A stretch of DNA of 64,000 nt from NCBI RefSeq assembly GCF_001194135.2, contig NC_068997.1:8065873-8129872 (forward strand). Reading direction: 5' to 3'. This document shows positions 1 through 63,938 of the stretch, piece after piece. The translations under genes were made by a program, and so were the position numbers. Under the pieces are notes generated by a model that had not been told where the DNA came from, did no database searches, and worked only from the letters and a program-made list of their open reading frames with translations. Origin of the DNA: Octopus bimaculoides. Its lineage: Eukaryota. Positions within the stretch are counted from its first letter, which is position 1. Each line of letters starts with the position of its first letter.

Positions 1-179
1 TATGCCTCGCTCTCTCAACCTCTCTTTCTCTACTCTCTCCCTCTCTTTCTCCCCTATCCTATGATCTGTTCAGTATCTCATACGTAGATGTTGCTCACAC
101 TGAGATTCTTCATCACTCTTCCTTCTCCCTCTTCTTGTCCTTCTTTCTGACCTTAGCCACCCATCTACAAAAATAGTAA

Positions 180-358
180 GCTATGAAAAAATTAAATTAT
201 TTGCATATGGAAACGAGGACACCATAAACTCTGGTGATGAAGACAACCCATATATTCTCTACATTGTACAAAATGATGCGGTGCTCACAGCAGCCCCGGA
301 GAGAATAAAGTTTCAATGTTTTAAGGCAGTCCTGATAATCAACATCAGTCATGCCCTT
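180..358 (-). mobile_element. CR1-like LINE C-terminal remnant
   Basis: DYQDCLKTLKLYSL resembles the CR1 Y-ERL-L-L-SL motif. Confidence 0.55.
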
Positions 359-1249
359 NNNNNNNNNNNNNNNNNNNNNNNNNNNNNNNNNNNNNNNNNN
401 NNNNNNNNNNNNNNNNNNNNNNNNNNNNNNNNNNNNNNNNNNNNNNNNNNNNNNNNNNCGAGATGGATGGATGGATGGATGGGTAATCTGAATCCATGGT
501 GGAACTTTCAATGTGATAGTGTTGTGCATAGTAGAAGGGTGGATAGGTGGAAACATCTGGCCATATGCCAGAAGCTCCTTTGCTATCATCAAACAATTGC
601 ACTTTTCCTTTCAGATGCAAGAAAGAGGCATATTAAGTATCAACATTTTTGCCAAAGATTATCCTCTTCCTATCAGATGAAAAAAAATCTATAACTATTA
701 ATATTGGTGCAATGAAGGGTACATTACTTGAGGAATGATGGCGGCTGAGGTAGTTGCAGCGGTGAGGAAATTGGTTGAAGCAGCGACGATGACGGCTGTG
801 GCAGATATGACAGCAGCTGTAATGATATTGGTGGTGGTGGTGGTGGTGGTGATGAACTTATCCTGATAAATGTAGAGTTGAATATTTTAGTCTTTATCAA
901 TGTTCAAGACTGATGAAAGGAAGAAATATGATTATTATTGCTTGGGAAAGAATTGAGTAAATAGAGGTAANNNNNNNNNNGGGGGGCAGATAAAAATTTA
1001 AGATAGCAAAGACAGAGAGAAGAAGCTTGTTGAACATTCCAAGTGTGACAGAAAGGAAGAAAAATATTGTGCTAAATCATGCATCCCTCTTACTGAATAC
1101 TACATGGCTCACTCAGAAAAACAGTGATAAACTACATGGTGAGTTATTTGACAATCTGAACATCTGGCATCCTTACCACTATTTGAGTATACCTCTAAAT
1201 TCTGGTGATACCACAGCAAATATAATTAAAGGGAATTCAGTCAGAGTAT

Positions 1250-1800
1250 GACAGTTGCTGCTCCTCTGCACTTGTTGTTGGCAGTATGAATCATAACACA
1301 CAGTTTGGTCCCAGTGAGGTTGCTGGTGGTGCAATTATTTCTGTGTAGGTACATCATTTAATGTTTATCCAGACTAAGTGGGAGAGAGAGTGGGCTTTTA
1401 AAATGTTATTATAGTAGTAGTCTGTAATGTTTGTATGTGCCTGGTCACCTGAAAGGTACTTTGCTGTAGTGTGACAGGTTTGATGGAGGAACGGGTCTTT
1501 GAAACTTGCTGCAGCAACAAAATGTCCAGAGTCATGCATTTTCTAGTATTTTTGTTTCATTATGCAGGTGGTCTGTAAATAATGGTCTGTATAGAACCTG
1601 TTAGGATGTGTAATGCAACTGTTTTATGTTCTTTGTAGTTTACTGTGGTTTCTTGTGGGTGATTGAGGGCTCAAATAAGACAGTCATAATCGCTGATGCA
1701 TCTAATGTATTGTTTGTATACCATTGCTGGTATTTTTATTAGGTTAACAAACTCTCATCTAAACCAGAAAGCTGATGTTGTGTAGAAGAACAACAAATTC
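1250..1800 (-). mobile_element. Degraded RT remnant, possibly Penelope-like
   Basis: Weak YIRCISDYD and LYRPLFTD-like similarity seen by eye. Confidence 0.35.
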
Positions 1801-1982
1801 ACAATCGGCAAATTTTTGAATGGTGTTACAAAGAGGATCTGTCATTTCACTTACACCTTTCAAACAAACCTCCATGACATTCCCACACCTCCACAATATA
1901 TTTACAGACAGTTTCACAAGTGGATACCATCATACTCACATCCGTCTTTCATTCTCCAGACACTGATACACAACTACTTTAA

Positions 1983-2203
1983 CCCTTTCGTTACTAACCC
2001 GGCTGAAACTGGCTCTGGCTCTGTAGTACAAATGTCTTGTTTTCATAAGTTTTGAATTAAAATCTTCCACCAAACCTTAGTCACAATTTATGTTCCTAAC
2101 ACTAGCTGAATGATAACTAAGTTATTTTACTAAATTCTTTGTTAAATTCAAAATAATTGAAAGAAACACAAAGCATCTCAAAATAAATACAGTAACGAAA
2201 GGG
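1983..2203 (+). mobile_element. piggyBac-type MITE, 221 bp
   Basis: TTAA at 1979-1982 and 2204-2207; TIRs CCCTTTCGTTAC and GTAACGAAAGGG. Confidence 0.88.
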
Positions 2204-2639
2204 TTAACCCCACTGAAAACTTTTAGAAACAGAGCTACATAATAACAACAAAGTTAATGTAGCATGATATAAATTTGTTGGTGGGATTATTTGTAATGTT
2301 TGTGGTGTGATAAACTATATTATATTCTATACATACATCTATTTATATAGTAGGAGGAGATGTAAAAAGTTCAGTTTATGAAAATGTATGTAATGATGAT
2401 CTGTTAACTATTACATCAATATTTATTTTTTGTGTTGGTTAACGTCTCCCAAATCTTCCATCTTACTTCTTGCATTAGAAAATATTAAATACAACCAAAT
2501 ATCAGACTCCATAACATATTGCAGGCACACAAAGAGAATATACAAACAGTTACGTCCATTTTTGCTGCAACATATACATCTACATAGAAGAATATGAATG
2601 TGATAAATAAAAGGTTTTTTATAATGACTATATACTTAC

Positions 2640-13829
<11,190 letters not shown>

Positions 13830-14499
13830 ATTTTCAAATTTATTTTTGTTTTGTCTTCAAACTCTTTCTAGTTAATTTGAATTTTCTTTCTAAAAATACA
13901 AAAATAGAGTTTTAAGTGAGAGTTAATGAAATTAAAAAAAACCTCTCCATATTTATAATAATTTTAAACTTTTCTTAATTCATTTTATCTTTCCTTTTTC
14001 AATAAATGAAGCCCTAAGACACTCATGTTGAGAAATAAGGTGTGAAAGACAAACAACGAGCATTTATATCTTCTCTATTCTATGCAGCAACGCTGATATT
14101 GAATAGGTTTTTTTCAATAATGATCTCAGCTGAAAAATATTGAAACAAAAATATTGGCAGGTAGACTTGATTGAAGGAAAGCTCGAAATATGTAACAACT
14201 TCTCAGAAAAAAGATTAGCCATGTGCAAAAGACTCTTGGCGAACTGAAAATCCCTGGAGGCAACATGTAAAAGTAAAAAAAAATGTGATTGCTATAAAAA
14301 GAAATTTCAGTCTGTATTCAGTGACCAAGAATATATTTAAAAAACTGCAAGATTATAAATCATTGAAGAGGAAAAGGGCACAAAAAAATAAAATCCCTGA
14401 TTAATAATTAAATAAGTGACCGAATAAAAAGGAGTATTTTAGAATTTTTAATAAAATAATGAAAGCAAAAATAATCGCTTATTGTTTTTGTAAATATGG

Positions 14500-14893
14500 C
14501 ACCCGTACCAGCGTCACATAAAAGTTACCATTCAAACATGGCTGATGCCAGTGCTGCTTGACTGGTTTCTAAGCTGGTGGCCCATAAAAAGCACCATTCA
14601 AGCATGGCTGATGCCAGTGCTACCTGACTGGCACTCATGCCAGTGGCACATAAAAAAGCATCTTTTGAGCATGGTCGTGCCAGTGCTACCTGACGGGCTC
14701 CTGTGCTGATGGCATATAAAAAGCACCCACTACACTCTTGGAATGGTTGGCGTTAGGAAGGGCATCCAGCTGTAGAAACCATACCATATCGGATTGAAGC
14801 TCGGTACATCCTCCCGGCTTGCCAGTCCTCAGTCAAACTGTCCAACCCATGCCAGCATGGATAGCAGATGTTAAATGACAACAATGATGATGA
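14500..14893 (+). mobile_element. RTE 3'-tail element with 66-67 bp internal array
   Basis: catgg...gccagtgct units at 14537, 14603 and 14670, then the RTE terminus. Confidence 0.85.
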
Positions 14894-16697
14894 TTTACAT
14901 TTTTCAATGCAATACAGAGACAGACATATACATACACGTGTTGAATTGTGCCAAACGAATGAGAAAAGAGGCCCCAATACATTTACATTTTGTGAAGTAT
15001 ACAGTTTATTGAAATAATGTTTTTCCTGTGACTTGAGTCACATTCCTTCAGTGTAGTGCAGCTTGAGTTATTAGGTCACCACTTGTTCAGAACACACCTC
15101 TTTAACCTATTTCTGAAATTTCACATAAATTCTTTTATTATTAACTTGTTACTACTCTTATGGTCGTTGACTGGCAGACACCAGCTTTTATTCACCTGAT
15201 GTTTCTAGTAGTTGTTCTGTTTCTAAAACAATTCACAATAATAATGCTCTGCATTTGTATCTAAGTAAAGAGCTGTTCAATTCAATGTCACTTGTGGAGA
15301 TTGCAACCAATTCAAGGATCAAATGGGATTTGATAGAGTTACTCAGACTGTACAGTTTATTGTCAATCGTCACACATAAAGAAAACACAAAGTCTACATT
15401 TTGCGTCTGGAATTTGTTACAAGTGCCCAAGTCAGGATTGCAAAACAATTCCATCAAATCAGGAAAAGACAACTGCAAAATGACAGATTCTTGCTATTGT
15501 ACTTGTGGTGCTTAAAATTTTAATCATGTCAGAGTTTGTCCTACGAAATGATCGTGTGAGTAAAGTCAATTTTCAGAGATATAATAATGAAATACTTTCA
15601 CCAAAAACCTAAGTAAATTGGTAGATGTAAAATCATTGTGGAAATAGATGAATAATTGTTTCCCTGCAACACTGAGAAAATGGAAAAGAAACAGGTAATA
15701 ATTAAAGGTTACAAATGTGAAAGGAAAAGAGAATAACTGATGTCAATGAAAGGCAAAAGTGCTTAGGTTTTAATTCCAATTGTTCTGGAAGGGATTACTC
15801 CAGGATCTATGATTTAGTCAGATATATATATAACATCAGAACTTTGGAAACTAAGGATATGATATTAGTATGATAAACCACTTCATAAATTTCACACATC
15901 CAAAAAAACTGGAATGTGCACAAATTGGGTGGAAGGCATATGGACCAATACAAAAGGTAACCTGAAGACGATAGATGGCACACGGTACCACATGAAAGAA
16001 TTACCTTGCAGAATTTATATGGACTCAAATCTTTGATTAAAAATCATTTTCAATTTCTAGATCCTAGTTGCAACAAATATTTATCCTATATATTACATTA
16101 TACATATTACAATTAGTCATAGATGCTCTCTAAAATTTGGCAGTACCGAATTGTCTAAAATTCAACGTTATTAAATTGTTTAACATCTTGGATATTTTAC
16201 AATCAGTCATGGACACTGTGGTTCTCCTGTTGAAAAGATTTGAATAAATTGTCTAAAATTTTGCTAAAAGTTGCCCAACTCTTTCTGTTTTGCCACATTA
16301 GGTTTTATTAAAATTAATTCTTTGAAATGTTTTTTTTAGAAAAATCATTTAAAAAGATGTGGTAGATTTTTTTCAAACATAATACGATTGCATGAAATAT
16401 GAATAAAAGATGGAATGGTCATGGGTGAAATGCTTTTGATTTTAAATCTGACAGGTCACAGTTGTCCTGGGTTAAACAACAATAAAGAATAGTAAGAGCC
16501 ACACTGAGTCAATAAGGAATTTTCTACATAGTCACTTGACCTGCTAGAAAGAGAAACTATACTCAATTGTTGGTTAGTCTCTGATCAGAGTGGGGAGGGG
16601 GTCTTCCCCTCTCCTCTCAGTTCCTCGTAATTTTTCACTCTTGACTTTTGTTTTTTCCAGTTTTATGTTACTCTCACATTTTTACAGAATCATTTAT

Positions 16698-16699
<2 letters not shown>

Positions 16700-16777
<78 letters not shown>
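16700..16777. repeat. (TA)n(GATA)n microsatellite
   Basis: Direct reading. Confidence 0.95.
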
Positions 16778-17099
16778 TGTCAAATCTCAAAAATTACAAA
16801 ATGGTGCGGAGGAGATCAAGAAGTTTGACACCACTAATTTTTATTTTTCCTCCCTACTTTATTTTAAACACACACAGCTGGAAAAATACAGTTTTGAGTG
16901 GGCTGAATAATTTCCAATTCTATTGTATAGGAATGACAAACGCAAACCAGGCTTGGGCAAACTCTAGAAATGAATGAAAACAGTAAAGCAAATATGTAAA
17001 CTATGTGAGGTCGTCTGTGTAGCACTTGTGGTGAAAGAAATAGCAGATAAATCTTCCTCAAAGTACATCTTTCCATCAGGATTGGATTAAGTGTCAGGT

Positions 17100-19200
17100 T
17101 TTAGCATAGTGCAAATAGCGCAGCTGTACCAGCCCTCTACTCACCATAAATGAAAATAAACAAACAGATATATTTATAAACAAGGGTGAAGCTTTTAGAA
17201 TAGGCGTCGCTCAAAGTCTCATACTTCGTGGAAAAGGAAATAGATAGTTTCCCCAGTCTTTCATTTGTTTTAGTATTCTTGTGTTTCCTATAACGGAACT
17301 TACAAAACAGCCCTTTTCTTTCTTCTTGAAGCAGTGATAACAATTCCGAAAGTCTGCCGATTAGCACCCGTCATGTCTTACCGAAATTTATTTCCAAATA
17401 TTCCAATGTTTTTTAAAACATTTTCACTCCTCTCTCCCATACTTATTTCCAAATATTCCAATGTTTTTAAAAACATTTTCACTCCTCTCTCCCATACTAT
17501 TTTCTTTTCCTATGTGTTATGGAACTTCGAAGGACAGTTGTCCCAACTCTTTATCTAAAGAATCCTATGAAAAATTACTGTTTATTTATTAACAATAAAA
17601 GGATGACGCAAATATACTAAAAATATTGGGGGGTGGGGAAATTACAGCATATACCCTATATTGAGATGGACAGTTACAAAACTCTGATATTAAAAAAAAT
17701 TGGGAAAAAAGTTGAACTTTTGGGATTTATGGGGGGAAAGTTTTAAAATATTAAAAAGAAATTTTTTTTCTTTCATAATTATATGAATCCTTGTGAGTTA
17801 AACACAAATTCGCAAAAATTTTCTGAAAATTAAAAAAAATAAAGTTATGAGATGTTAGATTTCCCCTTTAAATAAATTATTTGATTTTCATGAAATAAAG
17901 GGACATATATTTCAATTATATAAATATAGTGTTCTGCTAAATAGATGGGCTGTGAAAATTAGTTAAATCGAACAGGAGTTCGAGTCTCGGATTAATTTGC
18001 AATAAATAAGACTAAACAAATATTGCCAAATTTAAAGAATTTCATAAATTATATCTACAGTCTCGCTACATGTTAAAAGTTTCTCATATTGCTTACTGTT
18101 AGTGTTAGATAATATTTTTAAATAAGTTACAGTTCATATAGCTATGGAATTTAGCCTGGGAAAGAACTTGTTAAAGAATAAGTTTTTAATCTAATATTTA
18201 TCATTCATTGCTTAATTATATCTTGATATCGCATCATAAAGTGTAAACATCGAGGGGTTTATTAGTACTGAACTTTGTTTAGGCCTTAAGCTTTAGGGTT
18301 AACTTTTAATCGGCTTTGACAACTGTCTTAAAAAGAACACACTGAGGCGGAGAAAGTTCACCGACATCGGATAATTTAGTCCAAGTGACAAAAAAAAAAA
18401 ACCCCAATGTTTTTGTTATTGGAATACTCGAATAACGCCGGTTTAGGGGCTAACAATAACAACAGGAATATAATCAACTTATACATACTGCTACACGCCA
18501 GATACAACATACAGAGACGTTCACAAACTCATTTTTTTCCTACTCATGTGACCTGATAAGAAATGACGATCAAATTCTAAGTAATCCAAACAAACACGCC
18601 CATTTACTTTATTTAGGAAACTATCCAGAAGTTCCTTTCTAGAAAACAATCTGGTCAAAATATTTTTACATACTCTCACATTATAAAGCTTTTGGTATTT
18701 ATTTGTTTTATTTATGTTTACTGCACCAAAAAGGAAAAAAAAAGAAAAGGGGGGGAGGATATTGCAGGCGTACGCGAAAGTACTGTAGCAACCACTTTGA
18801 CATCGTAAGCGAAAAGTAAACATGACACAATTTTGGTTTCTGAGAATATATTTAAGAATTGGAAACGACCAGATTATAACACGATACAAAATTATATAAA
18901 ACAAAAAATACCTCGTTTCAATCAATAAACCAAGAAATTTTCAATGATTTTTCTTTTGTATACAGCTTTAAAACGTCTACCAAGTATCACCACATCACGA
19001 CAAAACAAGTAATGCGGAAGTGTCGTGCCAAGAACGAAAACGAAACAAAATTTCCAGGATAGAGGGAAGATAAGTGTCCCGTTTCGATCCTACAAAACAG
19101 CAATCTTAATATTTCCGATGAATTTACCATCACATGGAGAATTTGCATGACATGTCCAAAGTATAAGGCCGCGTGGTCATACAATACAATACACACACGC
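17100..19200 (-). promoter_or_regulatory. Probable promoter and 5'UTR region of gene 2
   Basis: Locally CpG-retaining non-repeat sequence; ETS-like GCGGAAGTG at 19014-19022; octamer ATTTGCAT at 19141-19148; consensus donor ATG|GTGAGT at 17145 and further GTAAG donors near 17293 and 17381. Confidence 0.45.
17388..17497. repeat. 55-bp tandem duplication
   Basis: 17388-17442 and 17443-17497 differ only in T/A run lengths. Confidence 0.92.
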
Positions 19201-20004
19201 CCTCTCTCTCTCTCTCATACACACACAAGCGCGCACGTGTGTATAGATATGTAAATATGCATAATACATATGTATATGTGTGTGTGTGTGTACATATATA
19301 CACACATATATAGGAACTAATACATCTGTTTGTTGTTTACACGCCTATCTTCGTCTTTTTTTTTGTAAATTCCAGCTATATATATATATATATGTGTTTG
19401 TGTGTCTGTGTTTGTCCCTCCACCATCGCTTGACAACCGATGCTGGAGTGTTTACGTGCCCATAACTTAGCGGTTCGGCAAAAAGAGACCGATAGAATAA
19501 GTACTGGGCTTACAAAGAATATNNNNNNNNNNNNNNNNNNNNNNNNNNNNNNNNNNNNNNNNNNNNNNNNNNNNNNNNNNNNNNNNNNNNNNNNNNNNNN
19601 NNNNNNNNNNNNNNNNNNNNNNNNNNNNNNNNNNNNNNNNNNNNNNNNNNNNNNNNNNNNNNNNNNNNNNNNNNNNNNNNNNNNNNNNNNNNNNNNNNNN
19701 NNNNNNNNNNNNNNNNNNNNNNNNNNNNNNNNNNNNNNNNNNNNNNNNNNNNNNNNNNNNNNNNNNNNNNNNNNNNNNNNNNNNNNNNNNNNNNNNNNNN
19801 NNNNNNNNNNNNNNNNNNNNNNNNNNNNNNNNNNNNNNNNNNNNNNNNNNNNNNNNNNNNNNNNNNNNNNNNNNNNNNNNNNNNNNNNNNNNNNNNNNNN
19901 NNNNNNNNNNNNNNNNNNNNNNNNNNNNNNNNNNNNNNNNNNNNNNNNNNNNNNNNNNNNNNNNNNNNNNNNNNNNNNNNNNNNNNNNNNNNNNNNNNNN
20001 NNNN

Positions 20005-20299
20005 AAGTAGCTTGCTTACCAACCACATGGTTCCGGGTTCAGTCCCACTGCGTGGCACCTTGGGCAAGTGTCTTCTACTATAGCCTCGGGCCGACCAAAG
20101 CCTTGTGAGTGGATTTAGTAGACGGAAATTGAAAGAAGCCCGTCGTATATATGTATATATATATATATATGTGTTTGTGTGTCTGTGTTTGTCCCTCCAC
20201 CATCGCTTGACAACCGATGCTGGAGTGTTTACGTGCCCATAACTTAGCGGTTCGGCAAAAAGAGACCGATAGAATAAGTACTGGGCTTACAAAGAATAT
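20005..20299 (+). mobile_element. tRNA-derived SINE family C with CORE-like centre and internal (TA)n/(TG)n
   Basis: ggttcagtccc B box; ggcaccttgggcaagtgtctt CORE-like segment. Confidence 0.8.
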
Positions 20300-21357
20300 A
20301 TATATATATCCTCACCATCATGCTTCAGTGTCTAGTTTGGCAGGTTGTTTGATGGTTAGATGCCCTTTGTAATGCCAACCATGTTACTGCATATACTGGC
20401 TGTATTCCTGTACCACCAGCACTAGTTAGGCTGAAACTTGCAAAACAATGAACCTAAGAGGGGCTGGTTTATGTTAGGATATGAGGGGTTAAATGCGGAG
20501 AGAAAGGGCCACAGCAGAAAATACTCCTTGCAGTAAACGAACTCCCTGTTTGTTTACTTTATAAGAGAAGGTGGGGGTGGAAAGAGATGAAAATAGTGGT
20601 GATGAAGTGTTTGAGTGGACACTCAAGATGAATAGAAGAGAACAGGAACAAGGGCTGTGGGTGGGATTTCAAGGGTGCATGGGAGAATTACAGTTGAGGA
20701 ATCACTGAGGGAAAGTAGGTGACAACTGTGAAGACTGGGCACAGCTGAAGGGTAGATGTAGCAAATGGGGGATAAGGGTGGGGAATGCCAATTGATGTAT
20801 GTGTCCGGGAAGGTAGGCAAAGAAAAGGAAGACTGGACAATGTGTAAGGATGTGGGTGTGTATGTGTGTTTGTGTATGGGCTTGTGCTCAACTAGGTAAG
20901 CAGAAAAATACGCAGACAAATAGATGGATTGATATCTTTATTATTCTAATTAACTTTAATGTAATAAAAAATTAATAAACATAAAGTTACATTTCTGAAT
21001 ATTTTTACTATTTCAGAAGAATAAAAGTGAAAAAGATTTCTGAATATCATTATTATTTTAGAACCTGTAAAAGTAAAATAACATATCAGACTATTTTTAA
21101 TATTTTAGAAGAATAAAGGTAAAAAGATTTCTGAATATTAAATGTAGTAAATGTTAATTATATGGTAATCTGATTATATATCGTGGAATTCTCAATAAGT
21201 TGGTTAGGCTCCATCACTAATTCCAAAGTTTTATCTCTTTATCTTTTACTTCAGATTCTTGTATTTACCTGACAGGTAGTAAATTATATGTTAATATATT
21301 ACATTAAGATATTGGATTAGATATAGGATTAAAATATTTGGCATATACATTACTTTT

Positions 21358-21375
21358 TTTATTTTAGAATTTATT
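21358..21375 (-). terminator. Candidate poly(A) signals of the TRPM gene (two AATAAA on minus)
   Basis: tttatt on plus at 21358-21363 and 21370-21375, about 180 nt past the stop; common by chance in AT-rich DNA. Confidence 0.3.
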
Positions 21376-21549
21376 TCTGTGTTGCTACGTTTTGTTAATA
21401 TTAGTAACTAATTGATACTTTAAGTGCAGTAAATGGTAATTTTATAGTTATATGGTTATATAGAGGTGATATAGTGGGCAGGATTCTCCTGAAGTTGGTA
21501 AGTTCATGTTTCGTTAGATTCAGGAAAGTCTTCTCCAAGAGCTATTTCG

Positions 21550-60878
<39,329 letters not shown>

Positions 60879-61281
60879 CTGACAATCACTTTACAGACAA
60901 ATAGAAAGAAGATGAATAGTTGAGGTAATGACATGGTAGGGAAAGTGGAAAATAGTAAATAGCAGAATCAAGGAATAAAAAAACAACCACATCTAAAAAT
61001 ACAAATATTCACAAATAAAGGTTCACACAAATCCATACCCAAAAATTGACAAATATCTTTTAATTTAGTTTGAGTAAAATAATGATTAATTTAAAATAAA
61101 CTGAGAAGGGAAAAAATGAAAAAGATACTTTGCTATCATAAATAAATGAAGAAAATGGGGTACACCATGGAATAATGATTACACATCTGGGATGTGTTGC
61201 TGTTACACATACAGATATCATAAGACCACATGCAGAAAGAAAAAAAAAAATTACTCAATTGACTGGCATGAAGTCACTTAC

Positions 61282-61298
61282 CAAATAGGATTCAAACT
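61282..61298 (-). CDS. Candidate 17-nt micro-exon (K)FESYL
   Basis: Strong donor TTG|gtaagt; acceptor uncertain. Confidence 0.25.
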
Positions 61299-61329
61299 CT
61301 GAATATGTGAAGAGTTTTAAATAAAATAC

Positions 61330-61900
61330 TTTGGCTCAGGTCTCGTACAATTTGTCCTCAAGAAGGCATTAGCACTAGTCATCATGATGGAAATGGTGAG
61401 ACGTAGAATTTCTTCTATTCCTCTTCATTTTGGTTATGAATGCAGCATTAGGAGATGCAAGAAATTGTATATGAATAACGATGGTCAGATGATAAGATGT
61501 GTTTCCACTCCCATGAGCACTTTCATAGATGACATCATTGTCATTGTGGAAACAAGGAAAGAAGCAAAAAATTCTCTGAGCCTGATTAGATGAGTTGTTT
61601 GAATGAATACTGAAGTATGGATGGAAGCCAATGCACACGGACAGTATGAGAGGTATCTGAGCAAAGGAAACCATCTTAGATCATGCTGTGGATAGAGGAG
61701 CATGCCAAACTACAATTGCTCCTGAGAATGGGGTATGCTATGCTTCTATCCATGACCAATATTAGATAGTGGAATTGAGTGATTGTACTAATTGTTATCC
61801 GTGTGAAGTCTACACATCATTGGTGTGTATTCTGGAACCATGCAAATCATACTTTGCAAAGTAATGCTTGATGGTAGAATCAATGTTTGAGAACCTTTAC
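61330..61900 (+). mobile_element. Non-LTR RT remnant
   Basis: FIDDIIVIVETRKEAKNSL, a YADD-type motif. Confidence 0.5.
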
Positions 61901-62710
61901 TGATGCACTTAGTGTGTGAATATGAGTGACAGAAAAAAAAAAAATATGGAAAAGAGGGGATAAACAGAAAGTATAATATATGTATTAAATGGTTTTATTA
62001 AGAAAGTAGTATATGAAAAGAGGAATAGTAACAGATACATGCACAGAAGCAGTTATATTCTGCTTACTAATTCAATTTAAATATTGGTTTCTAAATAAAA
62101 TGTCATGCTTAAATGGCAGTACACTTTATTTACAAATAATGTAGATTGAAATAAAGTACAACTATATTAGCTTGAATCTGATCACATGTTTCTGGTTACA
62201 ATTTTATTGAATTGGAGAGATCAAAAGAGAATGTTAATTTCAAGAAAGTTGAACCAAGATGTGAAAGAAGAGTAATAAATGCAACAAGTTAGTCCAGCAC
62301 TCTATCTCTTCTGAAATTCAATAAACTTCATACAAATTGCTTGCAGCGAATAATTCAATTCTCTTTGTTAAGTGTTATTGAAACTGGCTTTATATGGGAG
62401 AGATTGCTAAAGTAGTGAGTTAAAACTTACATCAATGTTTATCATTATTTTTGGTCAGTATTTAATCTACAAATCATTTTCATTTAATGGTTTGTAGATT
62501 AAACACTGATAAAACTCTTATTTAATTCCAATTTATTTAAATCTGTTGTTAATAAATAAGATAGCTATGGATGTCACAAAGTCTAAATTAGTTTGCCAAT
62601 ACAATTTTGCATGTTTAAGCTATCAATGTTATAATAGTCTTAAGATTGATCAGCTTTGCCCAAATTATAGACTTCTGATTTTCATCATTCTGTCATTGAA
62701 TCAATATTAC

Positions 62711-62784
62711 TAGATAACTTGCATTTATTTTGAAGAGTAGAGATGATTTCTATATTCTTCCTTCTTCCCAAAATTGTCCAAATA
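62711..62784 (-). CDS. Candidate upstream TRPM exon IWTILGRRKNIEIISTLQNKCKLS
   Basis: Phase 2 to 1 would chain the neighbouring candidates; speculative. Confidence 0.25.
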
Positions 62785-62885
62785 CTGAAGCAAAAAAATG
62801 AATTTTTCAATTCCTTTGAAGAACAGAGAATATAAGAAATTTAGTTTAATGTAAAAAGTATCATTTGAAATGACAATATACTTAC

Positions 62886-62929
62886 GCATTATCAGGTATT
62901 GGGGGAAGATTAGAATTTGTTTCTCCTAT
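62886..62929 (-). CDS. Candidate upstream TRPM exon IGETNSNLPPIPDN(A)
   Basis: ttttccag and gtaagt sites; only one open frame; no recognisable homology. Confidence 0.5.
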
Positions 62930-63527
62930 CTGGAAAATAAATGATGAAATAATATTGGATGTTACAAGGAATAAGGAATTTAGAAATGTGTAACTCAAAT
63001 CAGTGAAAGAAAGTCTGTGATATTTGTAGTGCAATTATACAGTGATAAAGACATATTTGGGTGTACAAAATTGGAATATAGCTGCAATTGTTTAGTGGAA
63101 ATAATCCAAGCCACATTAAGAATGAAACACATTTTTTTTTTTGTGCTAACTTGTGCATGTGATGTTAATGCATGACATATGGTACCACATGAGAAATGGT
63201 GGTATCAAGAGCAGAGTAAGGCCAAATAAGAGACATAAGAGACATGAGAAAAAGTGGTGAATTCAGATTAGAGTTTACCAAATTAAATGGTGCATGATCA
63301 AGATAAATGGTGATTAGAAATACAACAAACCGACTCAGCATTTTTTAGTGTATAAAAACAGGTGTTTAAGCAACAGTGGAGATTATGTTTAATACTAATC
63401 TGGTGTTTTTGAACTTGACATAATATTATAATTTTAAGGAAAGAGAAATACCAACTCCTGCAAACAGACGTTGAATCCAGGAATTGAAACTGAGAATTAA
63501 AACCAGGTCAATGTCTCAGTTCTTTAG

Positions 63528-63745
63528 CCCTTTTGTTACCGTATTTATTTTGAGATGCTCTTTTTCTTTCAATTACTTTGACTATAACAAAGAATTTAGT
63601 AAAATAACTTAGTTATCATTAAGCTGGTGTTAGGAACATAAATTGTGACTAAGGTTTGGTGGAAGATTTTAATTCAAAACTTATGAAAACAAGGCATTTG
63701 TACTCAGAACCAGAGCCGCTTTCAGCCGGGTTGGTAACAAAAGAG
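63528..63745 (-). mobile_element. Second copy of the piggyBac-type MITE, inverted
   Basis: Reverse-complement homologue of 1983-2203; TTAG and TTAA flanks. Confidence 0.85.
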
Positions 63746-63924
63746 TTAAGAGCTTAATTCCCTGCATGAGAAGTTTAGGAACGTTCATCTAGTCTTTAAA
63801 TTATTTATTTCCCTGTTAATGAAGTATCGCCATTCAACTTTCAGATTCCATTTTCTAGTTTTTCTTTCCTTCTCTCTTTTGTACATGCACATTTATTTCT
63901 GTATGTATTTTACTTATGTATATG

Positions 63925-63938
63925 TGCATGTGTGTGTG

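Noticed and set aside
14500-14740. CRISPR-like palindromic repeat array
   Set aside because: Units are degenerate tandem copies with no unique spacers, no cas genes, and are part of an RTE tail in a eukaryote.
19376-20108. Long ORFs in the track (also 46853-47531, 197-694, 30127-30414)
   Set aside because: They are open only because they run through N gaps.
19375-20299. Tandem duplication of a SINE tail
   Set aside because: The copies (about 19375-19522 and 20155-20299) are essentially identical and separated by a 482-N gap; likely an assembly artefact.
21001-21138. Imperfect 47-bp direct repeat beyond the TRPM stop
   Set aside because: AT-rich local duplication with no functional signature.
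63440-63490. Candidate exon FNSWIQRLFAGV resembling the TRPM SWI motif
   Set aside because: Abuts a dispersed repeat, and its phase does not fit the next candidate exon.
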